Below are positions 1 through 7,599 of a stretch of 64,000 bases of DNA, piece by piece (within the stretch, counting starts at the first letter, position 1; each line of letters opens with the position of its first letter). Under the pieces are notes generated by a model, which saw only the letters and a program-made list of their open reading frames with translations, was not told the DNA's origin and searched no databases. Location of the stretch: positions 210,897 through 274,896 of IMG/VR virus record IMGVR_UViG_3300034161_000018; one strand, 5' to 3'. A program made the position numbers and the translations under genes. This DNA comes from a virus (lineage: Duplodnaviria; Caudoviricetes).

Positions 1-2
1 GC

Positions 3-335
3 AAGGGCAAGGAAGCTTATTTGAAAAAGCATCCAAACTCGAAATACCATCCGTCGAACCAAGGCCCGCCGCGCCCTGACCACGTTATTCAAGAGCAGAA
101 GAAAGCACGCAAAGCTGCGGGCAATCAGAAGGCGAAGAAGATGAAATCTGCCAACGAACGTGTTGAGAAATACCGTGAGTTGATTAAGAAAGGTGAACAG
201 CATTTCATCAAACTCGGCCAGCGTCCAAAGGACTTGAATGCTGCGAAGGCGTGGGAAGAAAAGCGCAAAAAGATTCTGGATGGAATCAAGAAGTACAAAC
301 TGGCAATGCGCGGTGCGCAATCTGTCGGTCGATGA
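3..335 (+). CDS. 3' part of a Lys/Arg-rich hypothetical protein, probably starting before the window
   Basis: The frame is open from nt 3 (KGKEAYLKKHPNSKY...) to TGA at 333-335. The product is very basic and is followed directly by a terminator. Confidence 0.6.
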   Translation, partial: KGKEAYLKKHPNSKYHPSNQGPPRPDHVIQEQKKARKAAGNQKAKKMKSANERVEKYRELIKKGEQHFIKLGQRPKDLNAAKAWEEKRKKILDGIKKYKLAMRGAQSVGR

Positions 336-339
336 AAAC

Positions 340-380
340 AAAAAACCCCACTCTCCATTTGACCGGAGGTGGGGTTTTTT
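340..380. terminator. Bidirectional intrinsic terminator
   Basis: aaaaaCCCCAC-TCTCC...GGAG-GTGGGGtttttt hairpin with T tracts on both strands, between convergent genes. Confidence 0.85.
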
Positions 381-1117
381 CATTCCTGTAGCAATTTGTC
401 CCAGTTTTTACCAGAACGAATATGCGACGGTGGGCAGCGATCCAACAAATCGAAAATGCCAGTGATTTGATCGGATACATCTTTTTCCATCATGAGGCGT
501 TTGCCTTTCTTTGCAGAATCGACAATGCACACACGATGTTCTGCCAGCGGATCAGCACAGCGTTCAACGTCGTCGTGAAGTTTCAGAACGTACATTCCGT
601 CATTCAGGAATTGTTCTGCCCACGAATTGCTAAACGCATCGGTGTAAATCCGCGTCCGGCCCAAGCGTGCAATGTAACCGCGTAGAATTTCATCCGTGGT
701 TTTGCTTTCGATCAACCAGTGTTTGAAGTTGTTGCGGTTGTTGGTCTTTGTGCGAATTTCTTCCCACAGATTACCGGGAATCCAAATAGCATCGGCGTTC
801 GCAGCAATTGCGTTAAAGAATTCGTTGAAGCCCGCGTGCTCCCGGCGTTTCAGCGTACCGACATAACCGGCCCGATAGAAATCCTCACTGGCTGATTCCA
901 TAATCGGATACGCATACGCACCGCGTTTGAAAAACGGCGCACTCTTTCCGGCAACTTCGGTTCCAAACTGCGCACCAGAACTGGCAATTGTTGCGTGGCG
1001 CCAGTTCACCGGAACCCACTCGCCTTTCTGGTGAACGAAACCGAATTCATGCTCCAGTGCTGGAAGGCCAGTGAATCCGATTTTGTACGTCAACACAGGA
1101 TTGTCATGCGTGTGCAT
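380..1117 (-). CDS. Hypothetical protein, possibly a divergent major-capsid-like (HK97 P-domain) paralog
   Basis: 245 aa ORF coupled to its neighbours. The segment ILRGYIARLGRTRIYTDAF...FLNDGMYVL resembles jumbo-phage capsid P-domain motifs as I recall them. Confidence 0.6.
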   Translation of the reverse strand: MHTHDNPVLTYKIGFTGLPALEHEFGFVHQKGEWVPVNWRHATIASSGAQFGTEVAGKSAPFFKRGAYAYPIMESASEDFYRAGYVGTLKRREHAGFNEFFNAIAANADAIWIPGNLWEEIRTKTNNRNNFKHWLIESKTTDEILRGYIARLGRTRIYTDAFSNSWAEQFLNDGMYVLKLHDDVERCADPLAEHRVCIVDSAKKGKRLMMEKDVSDQITGIFDLLDRCPPSHIRSGKNWDKLLQE

Positions 1118-1382
1118 ATTTGTGATTCCGAATAAACAGGCAGGAGCCGAAGTAGATCACGTCCGGGTTTTCGATTTTGTTCCAGCGCACAAGGTCGTCC
1201 ACACCAACTTCAAAGCGTTCCGCGATTTCCGAAAGCGTGTCGTTGGTTTTGATTCCATACACGCCGAATTCATCGGCTACCCGGCGTTCATACAAAATGT
1301 CGGCGACGGCAGTTTCCGGACGCTGCCACTGCAAACGTTTGGCGAGAATCTTTTCGTCAAGTTGATTCATCCGCCGACCCAT
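1104..1382 (-). CDS. Single LysM-domain protein
   Basis: YGIKTNDTLSEIAERFEVGVDDLVRWNKIENPDVIYFGSCLFI is a canonical LysM pattern. Confidence 0.9.
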   Translation of the reverse strand: MGRRMNQLDEKILAKRLQWQRPETAVADILYERRVADEFGVYGIKTNDTLSEIAERFEVGVDDLVRWNKIENPDVIYFGSCLFIRNHKYAHA

Positions 1383-1681
1383 CCTCTTTCTTCGATTTCT
1401 TCCTTCGCCGCGCAGTGCTTGCGATACGAACTATTCGGCGGGAACACAATGTCGCGCAGTTCTGGAAAACGCTCGCTGATATGCAGGTCGAGAGTTTCGT
1501 AAACACCGCGAATGCTGAACTCCAGATAACCGGCAGCACCGAGTTTGATTTGCTCGTATTCCAGTTTGGTCAGTTCTTTGAGACTTTGCGAAATGACTTT
1601 GCGATCCGGGTGCATGAAACTTGCACGCAAAACGAAATTGTTCATTTCCCAATGCACGACATACGGTTGGCTATAAACCAT
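1367..1681 (-). CDS. Hypothetical protein
   Basis: 104 aa ORF packed in the minus-strand run, overlapping its neighbours by a few codons. Confidence 0.65.
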   Translation of the reverse strand: MVYSQPYVVHWEMNNFVLRASFMHPDRKVISQSLKELTKLEYEQIKLGAAGYLEFSIRGVYETLDLHISERFPELRDIVFPPNSSYRKHCAAKEEIEERGWVGG

Positions 1682-1682
1682 T

Positions 1683-1979
1683 TCAACCTCGCGGGATTGG
1701 TGGAATTTTTATGCTGGCGACATGCTTGCGCCGGTAGCCATCTTCAAAAGGTTTCTTCGGACTGAACGACGCGTAGGCATCATCGTACAAAACGTAGTAA
1801 CCGCCGATTTGGACATTGTGTTTCTTTGCCCATTCGTGGTCAACTTCGACGCGCACGTTTTCGTTATCCAGAACCAGCGTCACTCGATCATTGTCGAATT
1901 CGAGGCCCGTGATTTGTCCGGCGTTCACTTCTTTAAAGCATTCGTAACGCGGCAGCCTACCTTTCAGAATGTTGCTCAC
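1683..1979 (-). CDS. Conserved phage protein with GGYYVxYxDxYxSFSPxxxFEDGY motif
   Basis: GTG start at 1979 after a GGAGA RBS (the track starts at 2015). The C-terminal motif belongs to a widespread small phage protein family, recognised from memory. Confidence 0.75.
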   Translation of the reverse strand: MSNILKGRLPRYECFKEVNAGQITGLEFDNDRVTLVLDNENVRVEVDHEWAKKHNVQIGGYYVLYDDAYASFSPKKPFEDGYRRKHVASIKIPPIPRG

Positions 1980-2301
1980 GGTATCTCTCCCATTCAAAGA
2001 AACGCGGCACCACAACCAGAATCAAAGTGAGGAACGGAACGCACGCGCCTACGGTTGCGAACAGCGTTTCACTGAGATTCGTTTTGTAGTTTTGCCACAA
2101 CCAGAACGAACCGGCCAACGCCAGCAACCACAGCACCACGTACAGCGCGTCCATTGCGTAAAACATTTTCGGTATGCGGTAATTCAAACCGACCGAACCG
2201 CACTGGCAAATAGCTTTCTTGACGCGCTTTTCTTCCAGAAACTTTCGGGTGCAGCGTTGGCATTTCCGTAACGTGAGTTTCACTGGCTTTGACATTTGCA
2301 T
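1957..2301 (-). CDS. Membrane protein with N-terminal CxxC...CxC Zn-finger and two TM helices
   Basis: CQRC...CQC followed by the hydrophobic segments ALYVVLWLLALAGSFWLW and TVGACVPFLTLILVVV. Confidence 0.7.
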   Translation of the reverse strand: MQMSKPVKLTLRKCQRCTRKFLEEKRVKKAICQCGSVGLNYRIPKMFYAMDALYVVLWLLALAGSFWLWQNYKTNLSETLFATVGACVPFLTLILVVVPRFFEWERYREQHSER

Positions 2302-2417
2302 GGGTATCCTTTCTTATTGAATGTTCCGCACTTCCGGCATTCTAGCTTTCCGTGTTGTGCAATCACACGAATCATATTGTCGATCCGTTTCCCAAGCCGT
2401 TCCATTAGGCCCATCAT
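2280..2417 (-). CDS. 45 aa Zn-finger-like protein (not in ORF track)
   Basis: Read by hand: MMGLMERLGKRIDNMIRVIAQHGKLECRKCGTFNKKGYPCKCQSQ. ATGA overlap with the upstream stop. Fills the gap between two genes. Confidence 0.55.
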   Translation of the reverse strand: MMGLMERLGKRIDNMIRVIAQHGKLECRKCGTFNKKGYPCKCQSQ

Positions 2418-2644
2418 TCCATCCTCAGTTTCTTAATGTCGGCACCAGTGAAGAAAGTGCAACCGCGTGTGCGAAACTTTGGTTGGGCCAACAGACGATC
2501 TTTCTGGCTATCAGACAAAACGTTGCGGCCCCACACATTCAGCTTTTTCATCACCGGTTTATACTCGTCCGGCAACCAACAACGCTCGGGGCAGAAGATG
2601 AATCCCATCAGAAACTCTTTTTCCATTTCGTTCAAGTCTGCCAT
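2414..2644 (-). CDS. Hypothetical protein
   Basis: 76 aa ORF with a GGGGG-type RBS, in the tightly packed minus-strand run. Confidence 0.65.
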   Translation of the reverse strand: MADLNEMEKEFLMGFIFCPERCWLPDEYKPVMKKLNVWGRNVLSDSQKDRLLAQPKFRTRGCTFFTGADIKKLRME

Positions 2645-2660
2645 CTTCTGCCCCCTCTGG

Positions 2661-2921
2661 TTACATGACCACTTTCGGCAAATGCTTTTTCAGGTCAGCA
2701 CCGCTAACGCCTTCCATCGAAGCTTTCTGAATCGGCGAATTGCACTCGACTTGCACCGATGCGATTTTGCGTGTTTGGTCAATGTAGTAAGTTTTCAAAC
2801 CAGCGTCCCCGCATGCGGCAACGGCTTGTTCGACTGTTGGGTAAATACGAATTGGTTGCCCCGCCATCTGGTCACAACCGGCGATAGCCAACAACGCGCA
2901 AACAATCAAAACCTTTTTCAA
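2661..2921 (-). CDS. Small lipoprotein
   Basis: TTG start at 2921 after AAGGAG gives MKKVLIVCALLAIAG-C, a signal peptide II with lipobox. Confidence 0.75.
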   Translation of the reverse strand: MKKVLIVCALLAIAGCDQMAGQPIRIYPTVEQAVAACGDAGLKTYYIDQTRKIASVQVECNSPIQKASMEGVSGADLKKHLPKVVM

Positions 2922-2922
2922 T

Positions 2923-3318
2923 TCATTCTCCTTTATGTGGCAGTACGCCCGCATATCCACCAGCTTCAATGAAAGCGGTGTAACGTGCGCAGTTAGTTGG
3001 ATCGAGTCCGCGCATTGTGTGACGCCATTGTTTATCGGAACGCATATTCCACGTTTTATCACGCAACTGATCCCACGCAATCAGGTAGCGACGTGCGGCA
3101 AACGTGGAACGTAAAAGCGGCACAATGACTTTTGGAATCTCGGCTGGCTCTACTTGAATCAGTAGGCAATCAAGAAACTCATAATCTTTCGTGTCGCACA
3201 TAATCAACAGCGTTCGCATTGTTTGGTGTTCAGCTTCGGGGCCGTACACTTCTTTCAATTTCTCCCACGCTTCAACGGCGCGGTGCATCGGCGAATACGC
3301 CATATTTCGCTCCCACAA
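2923..3318 (-). CDS. Hypothetical helical protein
   Basis: 131 aa ORF abutting the lipoprotein start. The start is uncertain (ATG at 3303 is possible). Confidence 0.6.
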   Translation of the reverse strand: MWERNMAYSPMHRAVEAWEKLKEVYGPEAEHQTMRTLLIMCDTKDYEFLDCLLIQVEPAEIPKVIVPLLRSTFAARRYLIAWDQLRDKTWNMRSDKQWRHTMRGLDPTNCARYTAFIEAGGYAGVLPHKGE

Positions 3319-3697
3319 ACAAAAACTTGTCTTTTGGATTTCGGCGATTCACCGTCAACAGGCTATCGGTGAAAACCGGCGAGCCTGCAAAGTGCCCGAG
3401 CAAACCTATTGTGTCAGGAATCACATTCGACCAATTCATGTGCATGCAAACCGCTGCACTCGCCCGAATGTACGGAACGAAACGCTCCGGAACCAGAATC
3501 ACCGAAGCTAAGCGCGCACGGCGAATGAATTCCTCCGGACGGAAAACAACCAGTTGCGGATTCCACTCAAGATCGAGTTTCCCGATTGGCTCCCGGCGCC
3601 GCCGCAAATACGGCATCAGTTCTTCGCGTTCTGCCTGTTCGCCAACCGCAATCATTAGGCCGCGAGTGGTTTCAATCAATTCAGCATTCGGATTCAT
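3272..3697 (-). CDS. Hypothetical protein
   Basis: 141 aa ORF immediately downstream of thyA. Confidence 0.65.
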   Translation of the reverse strand: MNPNAELIETTRGLMIAVGEQAEREELMPYLRRRREPIGKLDLEWNPQLVVFRPEEFIRRARLASVILVPERFVPYIRASAAVCMHMNWSNVIPDTIGLLGHFAGSPVFTDSLLTVNRRNPKDKFLFVGAKYGVFADAPRR

Positions 3698-3703
3698 AAA
3701 ACC

Positions 3704-5122
3704 TCACACGGCAACTTTCGCCTTGATCGCTGGATAGTGTTCGTAGCCGACCAGTTTGCAATCGCCGGTTTTCATTTCCAGAATCGAATTGAACTCGCCG
3801 GTGATTTCCAATTGCGGGTGTTCGTATTTGAACGGGTCGCGTTCCAACTGTTCTTTCACTTGCGCGACGTGGTTGGTGTAAATGTGAGCATCGCCGATTA
3901 CGTGCGTGAAGAAACGCGCTTTCATTCCGGTAACGTGGGCCAGTTGCGAAGTGAGCAAACTGTATTGCGCCAGATTGAATGGAATACCGAGGAACATATC
4001 ACCACTGCGTTGATACATTTCGCAATCGAGGAAATGTTTGCCGTCTTCGTCTTTCTCGCTCGACACATACCACTGCGCCAAAACGTGGCAAGGTGGCAGC
4101 GCCATTTCTTCAAGCTGCGCGACGTTCCAACCACTCAGAATAATGCGACGGCCAGCCGCATGTTTTTCCAATTTGCCTTGCTGGAACAACAGTTCATCGC
4201 GGATTTGTTTTTCGATCTTCGCGATTTGGTCAATCTTGCGCGTGATAACGATTTGCCAACCGTTATACATTTTGCCTTCGACGGTGTAACCCTTGTCCTG
4301 CCAACCTTGCGGGTCGGCTTCCCATTCTTTCGAGTCGATGATTCGGGTGTCTTCCCAATAACGCCATTGCGTTCCGTACACCCGGCCCAATTCACCGCCG
4401 ATCAAAACCTTTTCCGGAATGCCCGCGTTGGTCAGGTATTGTGATTGTTTGTTCAAACGGAATTCGTCGCTGCGTCCGTCTTCGCGCATCATGGAATCAA
4501 CTTCAAGGAAGTCTTCCATTTTCTCTTTGGACAGTTTGCGAATTCGCTCAGCGTGGCTAAGCATACGCCATTCTTCGGTGCCCGGAATTACCCATTCGTC
4601 CCAAATGCGCGTGCCGTTCTTTTTCATGGAACGAATATTGGAACTGCCGGATTTCATCCAATCCAGTTCGTCGTCCACCGCAAGGAAGTGAACGTATTTC
4701 GTTGTCAGCGCCGGGAAGTAAAGACGCAAATCGGTACGCATGATTACTTGACCGAACATCGAAATGGTTCCGGTGCCGGTGCGGTCGCCTCGGAATTCAC
4801 CCTCTGCCAGAATGCGGCGCAGCCACAGCAAATAGTAAATGTCGATTTTGGTAAAGTCGGGCCTCGGGTCTGCCTTGATTTGAATCTGGTAGTTTGGGTC
4901 TTCCAACATTAAGGCAACCTGCGCCTTTTCGATTGCGTCATGGTCGGATGCGCTGAAAGTGCGAATGCGCAATTTCTGTTCGTTCGGATTGCCGTGGCCG
5001 AATTGTTCCATCGGGTCAAGTTCTTCGCTGGCCTTTGGTATTTCGTCGGATTGGCTCGGTACACGCGGAAGCGGTTCGCCAATCTTTTGCAGGTCAGCGA
5101 AAGTCAGTTTCTTATCGGTCAC
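3704..5122 (-). CDS. thyA: Thymidylate synthase with N-terminal extension and insertions
   Basis: DRTGTGT, IWDEW, LGRVYGTQWR, ALPPCH (catalytic Cys), YQRSGDMFLGIPFN, HIYTNH and C-terminal AKVAV motifs are all present. Confidence 0.97.
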   Translation of the reverse strand: MTDKKLTFADLQKIGEPLPRVPSQSDEIPKASEELDPMEQFGHGNPNEQKLRIRTFSASDHDAIEKAQVALMLEDPNYQIQIKADPRPDFTKIDIYYLLWLRRILAEGEFRGDRTGTGTISMFGQVIMRTDLRLYFPALTTKYVHFLAVDDELDWMKSGSSNIRSMKKNGTRIWDEWVIPGTEEWRMLSHAERIRKLSKEKMEDFLEVDSMMREDGRSDEFRLNKQSQYLTNAGIPEKVLIGGELGRVYGTQWRYWEDTRIIDSKEWEADPQGWQDKGYTVEGKMYNGWQIVITRKIDQIAKIEKQIRDELLFQQGKLEKHAAGRRIILSGWNVAQLEEMALPPCHVLAQWYVSSEKDEDGKHFLDCEMYQRSGDMFLGIPFNLAQYSLLTSQLAHVTGMKARFFTHVIGDAHIYTNHVAQVKEQLERDPFKYEHPQLEITGEFNSILEMKTGDCKLVGYEHYPAIKAKVAV

Positions 5123-5133
5123 GCTTTTCTCCT

Positions 5134-5430
5134 TTAGGCCAAAGCCAATTGATCTTTAAACAGTTGTCGGATTGCTTGAAACTCCGGTTCCGTCGAATCC
5201 GGAATGTGCAGCAAGTGTGCAAGCTGGTGAACGATTCCATCATCACGCAAACAAACGTAAGTCGGAATCTCTTTTACGAAACAGATGAAACAGGCGAGGT
5301 GCAACGCTCGCGGTATTACTTTGCGGAATTCATCATCGGTCATTCCGCACAGGATCAGGTATTGCTCACGCACTTCCTGATATGAAAACGTGAATGTCGA
5401 GTCTCCGACCTTGTAATCCATCATTTGCAT
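5134..5430 (-). CDS. Hypothetical helical protein
   Basis: Start moved to ATG 5430 (or 5424/5421) because the track start overlaps the PAAR gene. Sequence includes FTFSYQEVREQY...ALHLACFICFVKEI...GIVHQLAHLLH. Confidence 0.7.
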   Translation of the reverse strand: MQMMDYKVGDSTFTFSYQEVREQYLILCGMTDDEFRKVIPRALHLACFICFVKEIPTYVCLRDDGIVHQLAHLLHIPDSTEPEFQAIRQLFKDQLALA

Positions 5431-5439
5431 TCGCTCGGC

Positions 5440-5448
5440 TAATTTAAC
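5440..5448 (+). promoter_or_regulatory. TAATTTAAC, candidate late promoter of the baseplate operon
   Basis: Lies in the divergent intergenic gap, about 35 nt upstream of the first plus-strand gene. The same motif recurs upstream of other late genes. Confidence 0.5.
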
Positions 5449-5482
5449 CATACACATACAATTTACAGTTTTGGAGCAGATT

Positions 5483-5776
5483 ATGGGGCGCCCCAATATC
5501 CGTCTGATGACCGACCTTTCCAACGGCCACGGCTGCTTTCCTCCGTTCCTTCCGGCGCAAGCATCGACAAACGTTTTCGTAAACGGTTTGGCCGAAGTGC
5601 GAACCGGCGATTCTTACATGGTGCATTGCTGCCCCGGAATGGGATGCCATACAGGAAAAGCTTTACCGGGCAGTTCTACCGTTTACGTGAATGGGCGATT
5701 GGCTCACACGAAAGGCGCGGGAATTGATTGCGGCGACACGGCGGGGAATGGCTCCATGAATGTTTTTACAGGGTGA
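5483..5776 (+). CDS. PAAR-family spike tip protein (T4 gp5.4-like)
   Basis: GHGCFPP, STNVFVNG, GDSYMVHCC..CH, GSSTVYVNGR, IDCGD, GSMNVF match the PAAR pattern with Cys/His Zn ligands. Confidence 0.92.
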   Translation: MGRPNIRLMTDLSNGHGCFPPFLPAQASTNVFVNGLAEVRTGDSYMVHCCPGMGCHTGKALPGSSTVYVNGRLAHTKGAGIDCGDTAGNGSMNVFTG

Positions 5777-5779
5777 ACC

Positions 5780-6151
5780 ATGCCAGTCTATTCTGACGTA
5801 AACTTGTTTTTGGGCGCAGGCAGTCCAAACACATTGGTAACGGATGCGGATTCCGTCAACCAAAACATCATGTTGATTTGCACAACGCCGATTCGCTCCA
5901 AGTGGTTCCGCCCGCGCATCGGCTCCAACATTCCGGAATATCTGTTTGATCCAGTCGATGACATTTCGGCACAGAAAATCCGAACTGAAATTCTGACGCT
6001 ATTCCCACGCAACGGCGAACTTCGGATTACGGTTGAATCTGTAATTGTGATTCCGGTTCCGGACGAACAAGTTCACTTCGTTTCGATGACTTACACTTCG
6101 CCGTACCTCGACCCAAGCCGGGTGAAATTCGACTTCAATTTGGCGCGCTGA
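5780..6151 (+). CDS. Baseplate wedge protein, gp25/GPW-like
   Basis: SVNQNIMLICTTPIRSKWFRPRIGSNIPEYLFDPVD matches the gp25 pattern. Lies between PAAR and the J-like gene. Confidence 0.88.
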   Translation: MPVYSDVNLFLGAGSPNTLVTDADSVNQNIMLICTTPIRSKWFRPRIGSNIPEYLFDPVDDISAQKIRTEILTLFPRNGELRITVESVIVIPVPDEQVHFVSMTYTSPYLDPSRVKFDFNLAR

Positions 6152-6153
6152 CC

Positions 6154-7599
6154 ATGAGCAAAGATTTTACAAGAACGGTAGTTGACTTTGAAGATGCGGT
6201 GAAAGAAATTCATCGCGAGTTAACCGAACGTGGTTCGTGGATCGACACGTTGCCGACAAACGTTGGCGAAACAATCATTTCGATGATCGGCGGTTCGGTC
6301 GCGGCGTCGCAACACCTCGGCATTATGTCGATGCGAAACGCGTTCCTCTCCACGGCTGTGCGGGACAGTTCGATTTACGCAATTGTGCGCCAGCAAGGTA
6401 CACACATTTCCCGCCGTATCAGTTCCAGCACAACCGTGCGTTTGAAAAACTCGTATCAGGAAGCGCTGTTTATTCCGATGTATAGTTCGTTCGACATTGG
6501 CGGTGTGAAGTATTACAACAGCACGCAATTGGTATTCACTGCCGGTCAGGAAATGGACATTGAACTGACGCAAGGCGAAGTGAAAACTCAGCTTTACGAT
6601 TTGGACACTGTTGCGCCGGACTTCCTTGAGTTCTTCCTGAATCAACCGGATTTCGTTGTGACCGACGATCTGTTTGTTTTCACGACTGACAAAGTGAGCG
6701 GCACCACACGCGTTTGGGATAAAGCGGACGGCGGCCTGTTCAAGTTCGACGGTGACGATTACGTTTATTTCGGTTCGACAACTGCAAAAGGCGACGTGTC
6801 GTTTATTTTCGGTGACGGCGAATACGGGGCGAAACTCCCACGCAATTCCGTGCTGACTGTGCGCTACGTTGTTTCGCAAGGTGAATCGGCAAACGGAATG
6901 TTGGCCGGTGTGCGTGCGCGGTCGATTCAATATCCGCAATTGTCTGGTCAAACCATCGCCCCAACAACTGGCGGTGCAAACGTAAAAAGCAGCGCGTATT
7001 ACAAACGCTTCGGCCCGCTGATGTTTCGTGCTCGCGACAAAGCAATCAGTGCCGACGAAATCCGCGCAAAGATTGCCGACTATCCGGGCGTTGCCGACTG
7101 CTGTGTTTTGGGCCAGCGAGACATTGCACCGCAAGATCGCACTTGGATGAACACCATGCGAATTTGCATTCTGCCCGAACAGCTTGATTCGTGGGGCGGT
7201 GCAAACCCAAATCCGAAATCGGCAAGCTGGACAAACTTCTGCAAATGGCTACAACCGCAAATCCACGCAATGATTGAAATCGACACATGCAACCCGGTAA
7301 AGGTCATGGTCGCAGTTCGTGTTTTGGTCGCAGTTCTTTCGACTGCCGATCCTGACGCAATCAAACTGAAATGCAACGAAGCAATCCTCAAGCTGTTCCA
7401 GAAACGCCCCGGCATTCTGAAACGGCGTTTGTCGAAATCCGACATTCGCGACGCGTGCAAAATTGATGGTGTCGATTACGTCGAAGTCGAATCTTTCAAC
7501 GGTGAAGAATCCATCGTGTTGACCGATCCAACTTCTTACGTGGCGCTGCAAGGTACGCCGGTTATTAATGTCGTATACACCGAGCGCGAGAATTCGTAA
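6154..7599 (+). CDS. Baseplate wedge subunit, T4 gp6 / baseplate J-like
   Basis: DFEDAVKEI, AFLSTAVRDSSIY, FIFGDGEYGAKL, YVVSQGESANG and TTGGANV...RARDKAIS motifs, plus synteny. Confidence 0.88.
   Translation: MSKDFTRTVVDFEDAVKEIHRELTERGSWIDTLPTNVGETIISMIGGSVAASQHLGIMSMRNAFLSTAVRDSSIYAIVRQQGTHISRRISSSTTVRLKNSYQEALFIPMYSSFDIGGVKYYNSTQLVFTAGQEMDIELTQGEVKTQLYDLDTVAPDFLEFFLNQPDFVVTDDLFVFTTDKVSGTTRVWDKADGGLFKFDGDDYVYFGSTTAKGDVSFIFGDGEYGAKLPRNSVLTVRYVVSQGESANGMLAGVRARSIQYPQLSGQTIAPTTGGANVKSSAYYKRFGPLMFRARDKAISADEIRAKIADYPGVADCCVLGQRDIAPQDRTWMNTMRICILPEQLDSWGGANPNPKSASWTNFCKWLQPQIHAMIEIDTCNPVKVMVAVRVLVAVLSTADPDAIKLKCNEAILKLFQKRPGILKRRLSKSDIRDACKIDGVDYVEVESFNGEESIVLTDPTSYVALQGTPVINVVYTERENS

Noticed and set aside
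3704-5122. ThyA as a base-modifying dCMP or dUMP hydroxymethylase
   Set aside because: It retains the dUMP-specific Asn (GIPFN) and canonical motifs, and a DHFR is present, consistent with ordinary dTMP synthesis.
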